DNA of 64,000 nt from an uncultured delta proteobacterium. GTDB taxonomy: Bacteria > Desulfobacterota > Binatia > UBA9968. The notes beneath the pieces were generated by a model that was not told the DNA's origin, ran no database searches, and saw only the letters and a program-made list of their open reading frames with translations. The stretch is taken from NCBI GenBank assembly GCA_963727625.1, contig CAVSHR010000002.1, positions 256,001 to 320,000 on the forward strand, in the 5' to 3' direction. A program made the position numbers and the translations under genes. Below are positions 61,475-64,000 of the stretch, piece by piece. Positions within the stretch are counted from its first letter, which is position 1, and the number at the start of each line of letters is the position of its first letter.

Positions 61475-63166
61475 ATGAAACCAATCATTCAACTTTTCTG
61501 TTTGTTCGGGTCGCTCGCGGCGTTGTTCCAATCCTCTGCAGCAGCGCAGGAGCTGCCCGCCGCCGCAGCCTTCCGTGACACGCCGCCAGCGGCGCAGATT
61601 TTCTCGAATCAGTGGTCCGAATGGCCATCGGTCCCCAGCCGTTTCGATCTCGAGCTATTGCGCAACGCGGACCGTGAGACCGTCAGACTCGGGCTTAAGG
61701 ACGCAATCTTGACTGGGCTCAAAAACAATCCGGGCATCGAAGTCGAGCGGCTGGAGCCGGCGCTGGCGGTGGAGCGAACTTTCGGCGAGAAAGCGATTTT
61801 CGATCCCACGTTAAATTTTGAATTCAAGAAGAATTATAGCATCGATGCCTACGGCACCGCCGCGAGCCCGTTTTTTCAGCCAGCGCAGACCAACCGCAAT
61901 CAGGACTGGAATCTATCGCTCAAAAAACTTTTCATCACTGGAACGCAATTCGAGATGTTTTTTCTCAACAATCGCTTCGTCGGCAGCCTGCCGAACCAGG
62001 TTCTCAAACCCCAGTATATGCCGCGCCTGGGCTTTTCATTGAATCAACCGCTGCTGCGCGATTTCGGTTGGGGCTTGACCACGATTTTCGTGCGCATCAG
62101 CGAGAATCGCGAGGGCATCAGCCTGCTCGGCTATCGCGCCAAGCTGGCGCAGTTGGTACAGCGCATCACCGAAGTCTACTGGGGAGCGGTGTTTGCGGTC
62201 GGCAACCTGCGCGTCCAGGAGAAAGGCATCGAACTTGCCGATGCCCTGCTCCGCGATGCCGAAGCGAAAGTGCGGGTTGGGTTGTTTCCGGCGACTTCGG
62301 TGACCGAGGCGCGAGCGGAGCGAGCGCGGCGAGAAGAACAATTGATAGCCGCGCAAAATACTCTTGAGGTCTCGCGGTCGAATCTAAAGTTGGTCCTCAA
62401 CCTCAACCCGAACCAAACATTCCTGCCGCGCAATGTCGAACCCACCGATACCCCGTCGGTAGAGCCCCTGATCATCGATCGGCAAAAAAGTTTTGAACAG
62501 GCGATGACCCAACGGGCGGAAATTCAGTCGGGTGCGCTCAACCTGCGCAATCGTGAGCTGCAGCTACGTTTCGCGGAAAATCAGTTGCTGCCGCGCCTGG
62601 ACCTGCGCGCCGGCGTCGGGCTGACGGGCATCGCCGGCGATCTGAAGCCAGGCGCGGTCAATCCGTTTCCGGGCGGTTACGGCAGTTCACTCGGCAGGCT
62701 CGGCAGCGGTAATTTTTACAACTACAGCGTCGGCATCATATTGCAGGTTCCGCTGGGTAACGGGCAAGCTCGCAGCCGCTATTCTCAAGCGCGCATCGAG
62801 CTTGCGCAGGAGCGGGCGCGCCAGCGCGAGCTGGTGAACCAGGTCGCCCTCGAGGTCGAACGGGCATCGGCCGACGTGGGGGGTAATTTTAAGCGCGTCC
62901 AGTCGGCGCGCCGAGCCAAGCAGCTTGCCGAGGAAAACCTCCGCTCACAGGAAAAAAGATTTCAGGTGGGGCTGATTACACAGAAAGATGTGATCGATTT
63001 TCAGGCAAAATTCCTCGAGGCTGAGGGCACCGAGCTGCGTGCGATCACCGACTACAACAATTCGCTGGCGCGTCTGAAATTGGCTGAAGGCACGCTGCTC
63101 GAAAGTTACAACGTTAAAATCGAAGGCGGTAAGAAAGAAGCCGACCCCTGGTGGGCAAAATTTTAA
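61475..63166 (+). CDS. TolC-family outer-membrane efflux protein
   Basis: Signal peptide, QPLLRDFG, YW, LLPRLD and VPLGN repeat architecture. Confidence 0.92.
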   Translation: MKPIIQLFCLFGSLAALFQSSAAAQELPAAAAFRDTPPAAQIFSNQWSEWPSVPSRFDLELLRNADRETVRLGLKDAILTGLKNNPGIEVERLEPALAVERTFGEKAIFDPTLNFEFKKNYSIDAYGTAASPFFQPAQTNRNQDWNLSLKKLFITGTQFEMFFLNNRFVGSLPNQVLKPQYMPRLGFSLNQPLLRDFGWGLTTIFVRISENREGISLLGYRAKLAQLVQRITEVYWGAVFAVGNLRVQEKGIELADALLRDAEAKVRVGLFPATSVTEARAERARREEQLIAAQNTLEVSRSNLKLVLNLNPNQTFLPRNVEPTDTPSVEPLIIDRQKSFEQAMTQRAEIQSGALNLRNRELQLRFAENQLLPRLDLRAGVGLTGIAGDLKPGAVNPFPGGYGSSLGRLGSGNFYNYSVGIILQVPLGNGQARSRYSQARIELAQERARQRELVNQVALEVERASADVGGNFKRVQSARRAKQLAEENLRSQEKRFQVGLITQKDVIDFQAKFLEAEGTELRAITDYNNSLARLKLAEGTLLESYNVKIEGGKKEADPWWAKF

Positions 63167-63187
63167 GTTGGGTTTTGGACCGAAAGC

Positions 63188-63230
63188 GTCAAAGCGGAAG
63201 GCCGGTTTAGCACCGGCCGTCCGCTTTGAC
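63188..63230. terminator. Bidirectional hairpin between convergent tolC-like and mlaA genes
   Basis: GTCAAAGCGGAAGGCCGGT-ttagc-ACCGGCCGTCCGCTTTGAC. Confidence 0.65.
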
Positions 63231-63259
63231 TAAGAATGCGCAACTCGCGCAGCTCAGGC

Positions 63260-64000
63260 TTACTGCTTGATCGCTGCGGCGCGTCGCTGCAGATAGGCGT
63301 TACGCACCGCGCCGTAGAGATCGACCGTCGATTCGGTGACCCTCTCGAAACGATCCAAGTTGAGCGACCGCTCGTTTACGGTACTCGTCGCGGTACCGGC
63401 GACCGTGCCCCACCATGGAATAAAATAAGTGTAAGGGGTCATGGCGGCGTCGAAAGCGTAACCGACGCCATCGCGAATCGTCAGCGGCGGCAGGAACGGC
63501 AGCACCAGATATGGGCCGGGTCCCATGCCCCACACACCAAAGGTCTGACCGGTGTCCTCGTCTTTTTGTTCGATGCCGAATGCATCCTTGGCAACGTCGA
63601 AAAAGCCCACCAGACCGATGGTGCTGTTGATGGTAAAGCGCGCGAGCTCCGTACCTGCGCCGCCAAGCTTCAACTGCAAGCTATTGTTGACAACACGCCG
63701 GACCACGCCCAGATTTTCAAAGAAATTATGTACGCCGCGTTGCACCGGGTCGGGGAAGATAAAATCCCATCCAATGGCGACCGGCTTTAAGAGATAACGA
63801 TCGAGGACTTCGCGATTGAACCAGAACATTTTCTCGTTGAAGCCTTCCCAAGGATCTTCATCGAAGTCTTCTCCCGGGGCAGTGGCGGCGGACGCTCCGG
63901 ACATAGCGGCGCTGACCGTGAAGCCCGGCAAGGGTTCGCTTGGGTTAAGCGCGACGATTTGCTGCGCTTGGTCGCCAGCGAGCTCCAGCGCCGGACGACT
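63260..64000 (-). CDS. mlaA: MlaA/VacJ family lipoprotein (5'-truncated by window edge)
   Basis: DPWEGFNEKMF, RFTINSTIG, EDTGQTFG, GPYLVLP and DLYGAVRNAYLQRR. Confidence 0.93.
   Translation of the reverse strand, partial: SRPALELAGDQAQQIVALNPSEPLPGFTVSAAMSGASAATAPGEDFDEDPWEGFNEKMFWFNREVLDRYLLKPVAIGWDFIFPDPVQRGVHNFFENLGVVRRVVNNSLQLKLGGAGTELARFTINSTIGLVGFFDVAKDAFGIEQKDEDTGQTFGVWGMGPGPYLVLPFLPPLTIRDGVGYAFDAAMTPYTYFIPWWGTVAGTATSTVNERSLNLDRFERVTESTVDLYGAVRNAYLQRRAAAIKQ

Overview
A 64-kb, GC-rich chromosomal window from a diderm bacterium. The gene content (many TctA/SBP/UbiD/VOC/SDR/Mo-enzyme genes plus a deltaproteobacteria-like infB operon) resembles Ca. Binatia, which is inference only. Housekeeping genes include dnaB, queF, thiE, an NtrB/NtrC-like pair, rimP-nusA-ylxR-infB-DUF503-rbfA-truB, pckG, hemQ/chdC, a cca-like gene, trmI, manC, an rluD-like gene, tolC and mlaA. 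There is also an operon of NuoEF fusion, NuoG-like subunit, FDH alpha, MobA-MoaD fusion and AOR. The strongest hidden signal lies at 14947-15651 (minus strand), which the ORF track splits. It reads as one 234-aa MerB (organomercurial lyase)-like protein with two in-frame TGA codons at the positions of the two MerB catalytic cysteines. Each TGA is followed immediately by a GGU-looped SECIS-like hairpin, so this is probably a double-selenocysteine enzyme, at the end of a VOC / M29-NicX-like / MerB-like gene run. Nearby are an attC-like site between a decayed Imm26 gene and a GIY-YIG gene, three collapsed gene remnants (solute-binding protein, LigE-type ligase, TctC), and a candidate structured ncRNA after pckG. 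All family assignments come from motif recognition by eye; no searches were run.
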